The notes: generated by a model from the sequence alone, not told the origin. Counted from the first letter of the stretch, positions 1-16,911 are shown. The stretch is 64,000 nt of DNA from the human T2T-CHM13v2.0 reference genome, Homo sapiens (GCF_009914755.1 NC_060927.1); one strand, 5' to 3'. A program made the numbers and translations.

Positions 1-230
1 ATTTGGCTTCTGTGTGAAAGAGGCCAAAACCAGGAGCAGAAAGACCAGTTAGGAAGCTGTGACAGCAGTTGAGAGACGATGTTGTCAAAGTCTGCAGCAG
101 AACAGAACAGGGGTGACCCCACATGGACATCATCTCTGCTCTTCAGTCACCTGTAGTGCAGAGTTTTGAAGTAGGTCTGAGCATGGAACCGTAGTGGTTG
201 GGAAGGAAATGCCATTTGCCTATGGGGTGA
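1..230 (-). mobile_element. L2 LINE fragment
   Basis: 'agaccagttaggaagctg' resembles the L2 3'-region motif; highly diverged. Confidence 0.45.
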
Positions 231-537
<307 letters not shown>

Positions 538-1139
538 TTACCTTTTCATTATGTAAATACACACCCAGAAGGAGGCCTGTCTGAGCTGCACAGGACTCTG
601 GTCTGCACCTGAGCATCTTCCTTTCACTTCTGGAGTGCTTGAAGAGATCTAGACAAGACCACTTTCTTTGTGGTTTCTTGACTTGCCCACACCCCCTAGG
701 AACTTCCTCTCTCTGAGAGTGAATAGAGTCTGTCCTTAGATAGCACTTGCCTGAGGAAGCAGCCAGAAGTAAGATTTGCTATCAGTTACTAGGGAAATGA
801 TTGCTGTTGGAGCTGGCCAATTAATCAGCAGGACAGAAAGTTCTTGGATGAACTAGGACAGGCCCCAGCCATCCCTAAGGCATATCAAAAACGAGGGGAG
901 AATTGGGAGTCTTATTCACATTTCCATCTCTAGTGGCTTGGCCTAGCATAATACCTGGTACCACATTATTGTTTAATTAATAGTTCCTGAATATATTAAT
1001 GAATTAGCATAACATGAAACTCTGAATGTGGTCATGTTGGGTCAGAACTGTGGTGCGTTAAAGGCAGGATTCATCTACTTATTCATTCATCACTTACTGA
1101 ACTCCTCCTACCATAATTCAGCTTTAGTTAGGAAAGTGA

Positions 1140-1486
1140 TTCACAATATTGGTTGCATTGGAACCATCTGGAGAGTTTTAAAAATCCAGGCCAGGCACAG
1201 TGGCTCGTGCCTGTAATCCTAGTGCTTTAGGAGGCCAAGGCAGAATTGCTTGAGGGCAGGAGTTCAAGGTCACAGTGAGCTGTGCTCATGCCGCTGCACT
1301 CCAGCCTGGGCAACAGAACGAGAACCTGTCTCTAACAAAATTTTTTTTTTTAATCCTGAAACCCAGAGATACCCCAGACCAATTACACCAGAATCAAATC
1401 CAGGAGTGGTGAGTCCTCAGCATCAGTATCTTTTTTAAAGCTCTGTTCATGATTCCAATGTGCAGCCAAGTTTGAAAGCCACTGGG
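1140..1486. mobile_element. MER5-type hAT DNA transposon fossil interrupted by a short Alu monomer-like piece (about 1189-1340)
   Basis: MER5-like motifs 'ccccagaccaatt', 'gattccaatgtgcagccaagtttgaaagccactg'; Alu-like segment inside. Confidence 0.6.
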
Positions 1487-1586
1487 CTAGGTGCTGGAAA
1501 TATAAGTGAATATCACAGTGCTCCTGCCCTTGTAGGGATCAAAGTCTACGTGAAGGACACCTGAATTCATTCTGTAGAATATAGTG

Positions 1587-1881
<295 letters not shown>

Positions 1882-3299
1882 AATATAGTGGTAAATGCCT
1901 TAATAGAGATATGGAAACAATACTGTGGGAACCCAGAAGAAGAAATGCTTAGATATGGCTAAGGGATACAGGAAAGCTTCAAAAAAGAAGGAACAGTTAA
2001 GATGGACGTCGTAGAATAAATAGAAGTTCATTGACATTTTCCTTCCCTCTGCCTCCCTCCCTTCCTTTGTCTTCCCATCTTCTTTATCAACCTTTCCACC
2101 TTTCCTTTGTCCTTTTCATTCTTCTCACCTACTTTGTTTCAGATGGGCTCTGAAATAGGCCCATAAGGAGACAATAGTAAACATAAATGAAATGCTAATC
2201 TGCAAGACACATCCTCTTCCTGGAGAAGAGAATACTGTGTGTAGAGCCCCCAAAAACTGAAAGAACCTGGGGTGTTTGGGGACAGCAAGTTCATTTTTGC
2301 TGGAGTGCTGTGGGTCAAAATATGGAGGAAATGTCATACCAACAGCCTAAGGAGTTTGAACTTTTCCTTCAAGGCATTTAGGAGCAAAACAATATATGAC
2401 GAGATTTAAGACAGTGGTGTTTACCACATCTTGGGTGTTACCTGAAGTGACTGTAAATGGTACAGAGATGTACCATTAATTAAAATTGACTCTCACAGAT
2501 TTTCAAGTCTTAACTTGTATATTTCAGTCCTGATTACCTCCAAGAGAGTCTCAATTTGGTGCTGGGAGGTTTTCAACCTCCCATATAAGATGGGTTTTTA
2601 ACCCATCTTACTCTTGCTAAGGTTTCTCTTTAACAAAGCAAAGCCTTCCTCACAATATCTGGCTAGAATTAAATCACATTGTTTTATTGTCATCTTGTTT
2701 ATGCCTATGGAAAGTTCTGTAGATAACAAAAAAAATGATAACTTGTTTTTCATACGTGGTAGTGAAATAAACTTAGGCAAAAAAGTGGATCCATTTAAAT
2801 ACATATATAAAGTAAATGGTGGTATAGGAAAGACATAGATCAGCAAGAATTATAATGGGAATAAGTTAGTAACTGAAGGAGAAAAATGTGGATTTAGAAA
2901 GATTGCTTGCAGTTGACATGGGTGGGGACTAGAGGGGGTGAGATTGGAAGCAGGCTGGCCAGATAGGGGGCTGTTGCAGTATCCCAGGTGAGAGCAAACT
3001 TGAGCTTAGACCAAGTCAGCCTCCAAAGGATGAACAAAAGGAGTAGGTGGCTGGCCTCTAGAAGGCCAGTGACGGACAGGAGACACCAGAGCATGTTCTA
3101 GGGAGGTGACACTGACTGAAGTCCACTGGGTAGGTTCAGGGGAAGATGAGAGAGACCAAGTCCCAGGGCCTGACTCCAGGTCTAAGGTAGTGAAAGTACT
3201 GGGCGTGAAGACAAGAACTTTAAATTCCATTACTGGCCTTGGGTGCCAAGATGAGCTCATACACAGAAGAATCAAGGAGCAAGAGGCAGCTTGCTGCTG

Positions 3300-3750
3300 G
3301 ATCCCAAACCTGGCTGGGCACCACATTCACCAGGGGAGCTATTAAAAAACAGAGTCATCGGCACCAGTCCAGACCTACTGGATCCTACTGAATCGACTAA
3401 GCTGGATCCCAGTGTACGATATATTTCACAGTTCCTCTGATAATTCTTATGAACCCAACCTGGATGTAACCACAGTGTAAAAGCCCTTGCTACACAGTGA
3501 GGTTCGTGGGCCAACAGCATGAGCATCACCTGGGAGCTTGTTAGAGATGCAGAATCTCTGGCCCTACCTCAGACCTCCTGAGCCATTTTAATGAGACTCT
3601 CAGAAAACTTATTTGCATATGAAGGTTTAGGAAGCACTGGCCTAGACCACTGATTTGTTTAATCCTGGCTGCACACTGGATCACCTGGGGACCTTTAAAC
3701 CATAGTGGCTGGGAATCTGGGAGTGCGGCCAAGGTATCAATATGAGTTTT
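3300..3750. mobile_element. Cluster of MER5A-like DNA transposon fragments
   Basis: 'catcacctgggagcttgttagagatgcagaatctc', 'ggtttaggaagcactg' motifs. Confidence 0.6.
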
Positions 3751-4945
3751 TTTTTACATTAAGCCTTTTAGGAACACTCAGTTGTAGGAAATAATATAGA
3801 GGAATCCTGCATACACTTTACTCAATTTCCTCCAGTGGTAGCATATTACAAAACTGTAGTAAAATATCACAACCAACATATGGACATAAAGACAGTCGAG
3901 TACAGAAGAGTTCTGTCACCAATGTTGCCTTTCTATAGCCACATCCCCTTTCCTTCTCACCTCCCCCATCCCTAAACCCGGCAACCACTAATCTGTTCTC
4001 CATTTCTGTAATGGTGTCATTTCAGGAATGTTACATAAATGTCACACAGTTAGTAACCTTTTGGGACTGACTTCTTTCACTTCACATAATTCTCTGGAGA
4101 CTCATCCAAGTTGATGGGAATAGGACTGGTGCATTTCTTTTTACTACTGTGTAGTATTCCACAGTTGGTTGGTTGCTCATTCACCCATCAAAGGGTATCT
4201 GGTTGTTTCCAGCATTGAGCTATTATGAATAAAACTGCTATAAGCATTCATGTTCAGTTTTTTTTTCTGGGCAAATAAGTTTTAGTTTCTTTGAGATAAA
4301 TGTCCACGAGTGCAATTACTCAAGTTTATGGTAGTTACATGTTTAGTATTTTAAGAAACTGCCATACTCTTCCAGAATGGTTGTATCATTTTACATTCCC
4401 ATCAGAAATGTATGAGTGACACAGTTTCTCTGCAGTCTTCATCAGCATTTGGTGTTGCCACTGTCTTTTATTTTAGCCATTCTGATGGCTGTGCAGTGAT
4501 ATCTCGTTGTGGTTTTGACTTGCACTTCTCTGATGGCTAGTAATATTGAACATCTTTTCACATGCGGATGTGCCATCTGTATCATCTGTTTGATGAAATG
4601 TTTCCTCATATCATTTGCCCATTTTCTCATTGGATTGTCTGCTTTTTACTGTTGAGTTTTGAGAGTTCTTTATATATTCTGAATAGTAGTCCTTTCTTAG
4701 ATATGTGGCTGGCAAATATTTTCTCCTTGTCTTTTTATCCTCTTAACAGGGTCTTTCACAGAACGAAAATTTTCCTTTTGATGGGGTCCAATTCATTGTT
4801 TTTTCTTTTTATGGATCATGTTTTAGTCACAAGTCTAATAACGTTTTGCTTAGCTGTGGATCCTGAAGATTTCCTCTAATGTGTTTTTCTACAAGTTTTG
4901 TAGTTTACATTTTACACTTAATGGTCTGTGGAGCATTTTGAGTTA

Positions 4946-5237
4946 ATTTTTTTTTTTTTTTTTAGACTGAGTCTCGCTCTGTCACCAGGCTGGAGTGCAA
5001 TGGTGCAATCTTGGCTCACTGCAACACCGCCTCCCGGGTTCAAGCGATTCTGCCTCAGCCTTCCAAGTAGCTGGGAATACAGGTGCGTGCCACCGTGCCC
5101 AGCTAATTTTTGTATTTTTAGTAGAGACAGGGTTTCACCATGTTGGCCAGGATGGTCTCAATCTCTTGACCTCATGATCCACTTGCCTCGGCCTCCCAAA
5201 GTGCTGGGATTACAGGCATGAGCCACGGTGCCCAGCC
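4946..5237 (-). mobile_element. Alu
   Basis: Reverse Alu; 'tgagttaatttttt' on both flanks. Confidence 0.93.
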
Positions 5238-6364
5238 TGAGTTAATTTTTTTAAAAGACATATGGTTTAGGTTGTTCATTTTTTGCCTATGACGTCCAAT
5301 TGTGCCAGCACCATTTGTTGAAAATGCTTTCTCTCCTCCATTAAATTAATTTTGCACCTTTGTCAAAAATCACCTGAGAATATTTGTGTGGTTCTATTTC
5401 TATTTCTTGCCTCTCTGTTCTATTCTATTGATTTATGTGTCTATTCCTTTGCCAATACCACAAAGTCTTGATTACTGTAGCTATTAATATATAGTAGTTT
5501 TGAAATTGGGTAGGTCGATTTCTCCCATTTTATTCTCTTTTTCTCAAAATTATTTGAGTTATTCTAGTTTCTCCACCTTTCCCTATACATTTTAGAAGAG
5601 TCTTGTCTATATCCGTAAGGCATCTTGCTGATATTTTGATAAGAATTGTATTAAATCTGTACGTTAATTTGGGAAGAATTGACATATTTACTCTGTTGAG
5701 ACTTCCGATCCATAAACACTCTCCATTTATTTACATCTTTGATTTATTTCATCAGCATGTTTTAGTTTTCAGCACACAGTCCTGTACAAGTTCGTCTGAG
5801 AATGTGTTGATTTCCCTTTATTCCTTATAGATATTTTCACTGAGTATAAGAGTCTGGGCTGACAGCTCTTTTCTTTCAGCATCTGAAAAATATAATGCCA
5901 TTTTCTTCTTGTCTCTATGTTTTCTGTGGGAAATCTGCTATCATTCTCATTATGGTAAGGTGTTTTTCTCTGATACTTTCAAGTTTTTTTGTCTTTCATT
6001 TTCAAGAGTTTAATTATTATGTGCTTTGATGTATATTTGGGGGGCTTATCCTGTTTGGTTAACAGCTTCTTGATTCTATAGATTTAGGTCTCTTGCCAAA
6101 TTTGGGACATTTTCAGCCATTATTTCTCAAAGCACATTATCATTGCCACCCTCTTTCTCATCTCCTTCTGGGACTATGATTATATGAATGTTAGATCTTT
6201 TGTTATAGTCCCACAGGACCCTGGAGTTCTGTTTGTTTGTTTGTTTATTATCTCTTTTCTCTCTGATGTTCAGATTTGGGAATTTCTATTGTTTTATCTT
6301 CCAGTTCACTGATTCTTTCCTCTGTTCCTACCCTCTTGCTTTTGAGTCCATCAATTGGGTTCTT

Positions 6365-7729
6365 TTTTGTTGTTGTTGTTGTTTTTCAGGTAGAAATCAT
6401 GTTTCCTTTTAATTGAATACTTAGTTCACGTTTCCTCTCTTGCTGCTACTCTGGTAATAATTAGGTCCCCACCTCTCAAGAACATTGCACCTGACCAGAC
6501 TGAGAGCCTGTGTGAACATGGGCCCCAAACCAGGGCTTTCAGAATAACAAGGAACAGCCAAGCCAGCCTCTCCCTTCACTTAGAAAGGAACTGTGAATGG
6601 GAGGGTCCAAATCTTCATCGTCCAAACACAGAAAACCAGGAGCTCAATGCCAACATGGAAACCAAAATGTATCGGGAATGAAGTACAGTACCCCTTCACA
6701 TACTCGAGGTCAGGATGGGTTTGCAGAAATCGTATCTGACCATCTGGCCTCTGCTAGTAGAGGCCCCACCCCAGCATTTTTAGGAGAAGATGTTTTTGTT
6801 TCTATTACTTGTATTATTTCCCCAAGGGGCATAATATCTACTAAAAGGAATATAATGAATCAGAATAAATCAGCTCACTCACAAGAAACCTTCCTGGGTA
6901 ATGGTTTTTAGTTGCTGAGCTTATTCAGCACATGATTTAAAAGTGGCAAAATTCAGGGCAATCTGAGAAGAGAATTCAAAAGTGGCGGCCACAGGTTTGG
7001 GTAGGACACACATACATACAACTCCCATTTTTTTTCAGTGTATGTGTCAAGAGGTCAAGACCCCTGATCATCAAAATAAGTTATTTTGTATATTACAGTG
7101 CACAGGACAACAGAGGGAAAGACACTTTCTTGGAAGGTGACAACAAGGTCTTTTGCAAAAGGTCCACTCCAAAAGGACTGGAGCCCAGTGCCTTGTGGCC
7201 TTCATTAACTTGACCCCACCTCTTCTTTGGTTGCAGTGGCCTCAGTGGGAGCTGTTTCTTCTGCTTGTTCTGCTGGCTTCTTCTCTCTTTCCTCTTCCTC
7301 ATCCTCATCCTCTTGGGGATAGAGGTCTGGGTATTTCTGCAGGCATTCCTGCATGGCCCGGAACCGGTCTACACAGTCTGACCCCTTGATCTCCTCCGTG
7401 CTATAGTGGAAGCAGGAAAAGGCTGACTTGAACTGTTCCCCACAGGGGCCGCTGGCCATTCCCCCAAGGCATGGACGGTTCCAGTTAATGTCTTCATTGG
7501 TAGTATCAATCCATGCTCCTCGTATGGATCGTTGGGGTCATCAGCCACCAATTCTGCATTGCTTGGAGTTTCATGGTCTTCTTTGGTTATAAATATGATT
7601 CGATCCTTCCCTTCCTGCCGGCAGTAGGACATGGCTGCAGCCCTGCCCTGAGACCTTGCAGAAGCGGCGGTGGCAGCAGCTGTAGCTTCACGCCATGACC
7701 TCCCTCTCCTCAGGCAGGGCGGGCACCTC
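6365..7729 (-). pseudogene. Processed pseudogene of CHCHD4 (MIA40 mitochondrial import oxidoreductase)
   Basis: Intronless [14 protein letters not shown]...HGLILP (ATG 7632), then after a frameshift [29 protein letters not shown]...EEVGSS* (stop 7205). Long 3'UTR, ATTAAA at 6408-6413, decayed poly-A at 6365-6386, TSD TGGGTTCTT at 6356-6364 and 7730-7738. Confidence 0.95.
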
Positions 7730-7884
7730 TGGGTTCTTATTTCAATTATTATTTCCATTCTAAATTTCCATTGCTGCTTCTTTATATTTTCTGTTTCTTT
7801 GCTGAGACTTATTTTTTTCATGTGTCTCAATTGTGTTCACATTTGCATGTTGAAGCATTTTTATGATGATTACTTTAAATGTTT

Positions 7885-8198
<314 letters not shown>

Positions 8199-9121
8199 TC
8201 ATTTTTTGATGTGAAAAATGATTTTCAATTGAAATATGGAAATTTTAGGTATTATAAGACCTAGGATCATATTTAAATCTCCTGATTTATCTGCTTTTGA
8301 CTGACACTGCTGTAGCAGAGGAAGCCGGAGGACACACGGGGAGAGTATTGCTGCCTCATTACTTCCAGGTGGAGGTAGACGTCCTGGCTCCCCACTTCGC
8401 TTCTCTTGACACTTGAAGGGCGTGGCTTCCTCACTGTTGCTGAGCAGATGTGGGAGCTCCATCTCCCCACTAGGCCTCTGCAGATAAGTCCCCAGCTGGG
8501 AGGGATGAGAGTGCCTCCTCACTGCTCCCCATGCACCCCTACTGACACCAAGGGGGTGGGTGCAGGGCTTGTCACCACCTGACAGGATGCAAGTCCCGGC
8601 TCCCTGCTAGGAATGGCGGGGACGCCACCCCAGCAAGGGGAGTTGAGTCACTTCATTACAGCTTGACAAGGGTGGAAGTCTTGGCTGCCCTCCCCACTTC
8701 ACCTCATCTGGCTAGGACAGGAGCGGGGCACAGTGTTTTTCTATGGTGTTTGGCTGAAATAGAGCAGGTGTTGTCTAAAAGTTTTCTACTTTGCTAGGCA
8801 GCCTCTTTCCCAGTCCTTTGGCTGGACACAGCAGGCTTTTGTTTTGCCTGTGCCGATTGCCATTTCTGAGCTGCCAGCTACTTCAGGTCAAAATCTCTGA
8901 TGTATGTGGCCAAAAAAAAGCCCAGGGAATTCATCACTGTGTCGCTCATTGGGCCCCAATGTTCCTCACTGCTTTGCCTTTGCCTCTCCACCTGTCAGAG
9001 TCTTCTTGTGTTTGCTTTAAATATAACATCCAGAGTTTTAGTTGTACTAAGCAGAATAGAGAAAGTACCTCTACTCAATCTTCCTGAAAGAAGACATCTC
9101 AATATGTTTTAAAAGCTTTTG

Positions 9122-9413
<292 letters not shown>

Positions 9414-10093
9414 TCAGGCAGGCAGAGTTGAGAATTACTGGTATAGGCTGGCACCTCCATGAGAATAGGAACTGTGTTCATCTGGTGGCTATCATAATAT
9501 CTGTACCTGGCAAGAATATTCATCAGTGAAGATTTTGTGGATGGTTTGATGGAAGGAAGGGAGAATGAATGGATAGATAGATGAATGAATAAATGAATCA
9601 TCTGTGATTATCAGAATAGAACTAGGAACCAGATCGAGTCACACTCATCTATGCCCCTATATATAAATAACTTCTATATATAAATATATAAATAACCCCT
9701 GTATATAAATACCCTGGCCCCAGAACCAGCAAGAGGGCTTGACCAGCAGGTGGTGCTAAAGAGCCCCAGGTGTGGGATGAGGTGGCAGCTGCAGGCAGGT
9801 GTCCATCAGGTCACTTGACTGAAAGAGACAAAAGTTACAGGAACTGGTAATCACCTGGGAGCTCTCTCTTATAAATGCCGCATCTGCCTCTCTTTTTCTC
9901 CTGCCAGCTCTTTTATTTAGTTCAATATCATCAATCACTTTTTTTTTCCTCAAGAAGAGAACAGCCTGAATGACTTTGGTCTTTGAAAGTGTATTTCTCA
10001 GAGTTTAATCTCCAAGGATTCGGAACAAAATGAACACATTATTCATCCTATCCTGAAATGATACTTGTGTGTGTGCTGGGTGTGGTGGTGTAA

Positions 10094-10320
10094 TCACTGT
10101 GTCCTTGTCTCATGTTAGCACGGATATCCATATTTTCGAATTCCTTGGAATCTTTATTTAAAGCGTTTGTTTATTTTCCTCTTTTCACAGTGAAAAAGAG
10201 GATGATGTATTCACTGTATCCTTTTCTCACGTTAGCACGGATGTCCATGTTTTCAATTCCCTGGAATCTTTATTTAAAGTGTTTATTTATTTCCCTCTCT
10301 TCACAATGGAAAAGAGGATG
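10094..10320 (+). repeat. Two-copy tandem duplication, period about 117 bp
   Basis: tcactgtgtccttgtctcatgttagcacggat...aagaggatg repeats at 10094 and 10211. Confidence 0.9.
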
Positions 10321-10585
10321 GAGTGGGGGGAGTATGTGAAGTTCACTGGAAGGTCTTAGCAGATGGGTGCCACCTGGGCCTTTAAGTGAAACTTGCTCTT
10401 CAGTCACTCTGGGATCTCTTAGTGCAGGCACCAAGCCCTAAAAACTCCAGAAGCCTCTCTTTCCACATCATTAAAATGGGAGGCTGGGGGCAGAATTATT
10501 TTGGTGAGGTTACCAGCACGGTAAACGATTAAGGATTAAACGATTGAGGATTAAACGATGCAATATGGAAACTCTCCCAGCCTGA

Positions 10586-10923
<338 letters not shown>

Positions 10924-11479
10924 TCTCCCTTGCTTTTTGAGGTCAGAAAGTAAGAGATAACTGAGCTGGGCTTTTAATGCTGCCTTTGTTTGTTTGTTTG
11001 TTTGTTTGTTTGTTTTGCCATTTAGTGATAATATCCTTCAGTTTCCCTTTCCTGCACTTAGCTTTAAAAATCCCAGCCTGTCACACCAGGGCTGGGGGTT
11101 GTGGGGAGCAGACAAACAATCAAACAAGTTCAATCTCTTAAACCAAATTATAAAATGAGAAAGATCACAGATGTGCGGGAGGAAAGGGTTTGATGTAGCT
11201 CAGTCATTCCTCTCCTTCCACTTCTGATGACTAATTTAGAAGTTACGCATAACATCTCACTGCCCCTTTCACAAGAAACCATGATATCTATTTTATCTAA
11301 ATCTTGGTTCTGGCTAAAGCAGTTCTTCCGCTAAGCAACTAGTTTGTTTTCATTTAAATGAAACTGAAGAATCTTATAGCTGATCCTGTTTCCCAGCACT
11401 GGTGTAGTGAAATAGATTTTAAAAACAGACAGATCTGGAACCCAGAGCAGCCTCTTTCTTCATCCACTGAAAAATTTTA

Positions 11480-12665
11480 AAAACAACTTGATTGAGGTGT
11501 AATTTACCTATCATAAAATTCACCCATTCTAAGTGAATCATACAATTCAGTTATCGTTAGTAAATGTACAGAGTTGTATAAACATCATCAGAATCCAAGT
11601 TTAGAACATTTCTGTTTTTTCCAAAAGATCCCTTCCTGTCCCCCCCTCCACTACCAGGCAACCACTAATCTATTCTCTGTCTCTATAAATTTGCCAATTC
11701 TGGACGTTTCATATAAATGGAATCATTCAATGTGTTGCCTTTTGTGTCTGGCTTCATTCACCTAGCATGATGTTTTTCCAGTTCACCCATGGTGTAGCTT
11801 GGAACAGTACTGTGTTTCTTTTTATTGACAAATGGACCACATTTTAATCAAAATCCATTCACCAGTTGATGAACATTTGGTTTTTTTCCACTTTTTGGTG
11901 GTTATGAATAATGCTATGAGTATCTGCATACAAGTTTTTCTGTGGTCACACGATTAGTTCTCTTGGGTATATATCTAGGTGTGGAATCACTGAGTCATAT
12001 GGTAACTATGTTTAACCATTTGAAGAACTATCAGATTGCTTTTCACAGTAGCTGCACCATTTGACATTTCCACCAGCAGTGTTTCAGAGTTCTTCTTTCT
12101 CCACATCTTCACCAACACTTGTTATTGTCCTTCTTTTTAAATTATAGTCATCCTAGTCCATGTGAAGTGGTATCTCACTGTGGTTTTGATTTTCATTTCC
12201 CTAATGACTAATGATGTTGAACATCCTTTCATGTGCTTTTGAGCCATTCCTCTATCTTATTTGGTGAAATGTCTATATAAATCCTTTGCCTATTTATAAA
12301 TTGGGTTATTTATCTTCTTATGATTGAGTTGGAAGTGTTCTTTATGTATTTTGGATACATCAGATATATGATATATCAGATATATGACCTATAAATATTT
12401 TCTTCCATTCCATAGCTTTTTATTTTCTTAGTGGTACCTCTTGAAACCCAAAAGTTTCTCATCTTGATGAAGTCCAATTTAGCAGTTTTTAAAAATTCCT
12501 TATGCCTTTGGTGCTGTGTCTCAGAAATCTTTGCCTAACTCAAGGTCACAAAAATTTAGCTCATACATTTAGGACTATCATCAATTATGAGTAATTTTTG
12601 TGTATGATATAAGGGAAAGGTCTAAATTCATCCTTCTGCTGGTAGATCTCGGTTGTTCCAGCATA
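11480..12665 (-). mobile_element. L1M (L1MA/MB-like) 3' end
   Basis: Typical L1 3'UTR/ORF2-end antisense motifs ('ggttttgattttcatttccctaatgactaatgatgttgaacatc'). Confidence 0.8.
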
Positions 12666-14327
12666 TGAATTATTGCATTTTGTCTGCTGCCTTCTTCTAT
12701 CCCCTCCTCTATTTTAGCATTCCCAGAGGTGAGCAACACTCCTCCTCTTGCCCCCAGTGGCAGCCCCCCACCCCCACTTAACCCCACTTATAAAATCTGG
12801 AGATTTTGCATGAAATCTTTTAGTTTTTAAATGATGTCAATTATTCAATTGTTTCATTTGTCTTCTTGATACATCAGATATATGATATATCAGATATGTG
12901 AGACCAACAGACTGTCTTGATGGCACAACTCCAATTCCAGTGTTCCAGAAGAGAGAACTGGGCTGACTGGTTTGTTCTGGGTCAGAGATAACTTCTGGTT
13001 CAATCACGTGTGCCCAGGGGTCAGGGTTACATAGTATAACTGTGGCTGCCAGAGCCCACCCTAGGTGAAATGATGGTTCTCAGAGAGGAGGCTTGACTTG
13101 AGCTGGGAAAATACCCCAAAAGGTGTCCACTCCTGGGTCATTATCTCATATTCAGCATTCTGCATCCCCTATGAACCAGCTTGAGGTTTCTACCTGGGGG
13201 CTTACAAAATTTATTTTGTTTACCCTGTGTAGTGTTCAAGAAGACAAATGAAACAATTGAATAATTGACAGCATTTAAAAACTAAAATATTTCATGTAAA
13301 AACTCCAGATTTTGTGTTTCCTTTTAAAAACAGGCAGATCTGAGTCTGCAGCAGTTGGTAGAATGTGAGTGGCAGCTGCCCTCTTCAAGCAGAGGACAGG
13401 CTCTCCAGGTTGCCCCGATCCCTACCACTCCCTCTTGCTCCACACACAGTCCTCTGTTCTTAGTAGCTTTTCTTCTCTGACTCTGTAGCCTCTTTGCACA
13501 TGTACCTCCACCCCTGGAAAACCCACTGGGGCCACTACCTGCCCGCAAGGTCATCTGCCTCTTGCATCTTACCCAGAGGCTGACTCTGGGTAACTCCTCC
13601 AGATTCTAAGTCAGTTAGGTTCCTGTAATACTAGGCCCATAATGGCATTTTGCTATTTGCAGTCTGCTCTGTTCATCACAACCAGTGGCACTGATAAGCC
13701 TGGGTGTTTCATGGAAATTATGACCTGGCCAGACTTAATGAGATTATGCAGTACTGGAGCACCCTCATGCATGACACCTCTTTCTCAGAATTAGATCAAA
13801 GAAATTAATGTTCTGACTTACTTGACTAGAATAACCAGCCTACAAATGATGAAGAGGATAGAGAAGTTTGGACTGGGGAGTAGCAGGTGAGGCAGTTTAG
13901 AATGAATCAAGAAAGGAATCCCAAACTCTCACTTTGTACTAGAGAAAATAAAAGATGTGCTAAGCATGTGGAAAACATTTCCTTATTTTTATTTTTTTAT
14001 TGAAGGAATCTATATTTTGTTTTTTTCAAAATGAATGCAGTTAGCTCTTATTTTCCCTATTATAAAATAAAGACAATCTCATTGTTGAAATCCTGAGAAA
14101 TACCAAATATAATAAGTATCATCCAGTACCCAGAGAAAACCATGGTTGATGTAACATAACAAAGATTCACCCTGGATAGAAGCCTGTTAGTTAACAGAAT
14201 TGACATTGTCCTGTACAAACAAACCACGTACGTCTTCTATAAATTTCATCATAAGCATTTTACCACCTAATTGCTGGTGCTCTGTAATGATTATCAAGGA
14301 CCCCATGATATTCTATTCTGTAGCCAC

Positions 14328-15537
<1,210 letters not shown>

Positions 15538-15854
15538 CTACCTCAAGATACATTTAGTTCCCAAATGCCAGCTCATTTCTCTTTATTTTCTATCATAAAT
15601 AATGTTGCAGTGAGCGTCTTTGTGCATAAATCTTTATTTACATTTTAGATTACCATGAGATAAATTTTTAACTATAAAGTGTTCAGGGAAAAGTAGAAAA
15701 GTGGACCAAAAGGTATGGTACAATATTCGTCAATGGGATAAATCCTACCTCAAACTTCTTTAAGTCTGAACTTCTTTTGAAAATTATGCTTACACTTTCT
15801 GCACTTAGTACATCTCCCCTGGCTTCTGCTGTTCTGTATTGGTTTGGGTCTCTC

Positions 15855-16238
<384 letters not shown>

Positions 16239-16911
16239 TGATGGCAAGCGAAAATGCAGGGTCCCTGCTGTCAGCGAATGGGATGTCCCCATGGTGTTGC
16301 ACTTCAGAGACAGAAATAGTGGACATCCTCCATGCCCTGGAGTTGCTCCCCATTTAGTTGGAGGAGAATCAGCTAAAGAATGATAATCCCACAAGAAAGT
16401 TGATAAAAGAGGAGCATGTTAGAAGTTGAGGATACCAAGAGAAAGGAACAAGTAAGAGTTTCAAGGCAAAAGAATGTTCCAGGCAGGGAAATGGCATCAA
16501 CGTGTAAAGAAGCTTACTTACACCTTGGCCCCAGCGTGTGCTTCCAGACTCATCGTTCTGTGCTCTAGGCACTTCCAATGACTCCTCCCAATTCCTCAAA
16601 CTCAGCTGTGTACTTTGAGTCTTTCTTCTACTGAGCCTTAAATACCTCTTTCTTCCTGCTGGAGAAATTCCACCCATCCTTCAAAGCCTGGCTTGCATAT
16701 CACTTCTTCTCTGATGTCCTTTCTGACATCCGCATTTTGCCTTGAGAGAGGCAGTTCTTCCCTCTGCTGTCCAGCTACCTGCCTTGATCTTATACCAGTC
16801 ACCACGTTTGTCCCAGCTGAATTCTAGGGTTTTTAATTTAATTGTTTTGATGCTGTTTATCTTGTGTATTTCTTCGCATGCTAATTTATCAACTCTTTGA
16901 AGTCAGGGACA

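Noticed and set aside
3006-3345. Overlapping 106-aa and 79-aa ORFs in non-repetitive-looking DNA
   Set aside because: No recognisable homology or exon signals; length within chance expectation.
7369-7830. 153-aa ORF fusing L1 sequence to the CHCHD4 N-terminus
   Set aside because: Chance read-through from L1 flank into the retrocopy; frameshifts before the functional domain.
9655-9712. Repeated TATATAAA elements
   Set aside because: Low-complexity TA slippage; no supporting promoter context.
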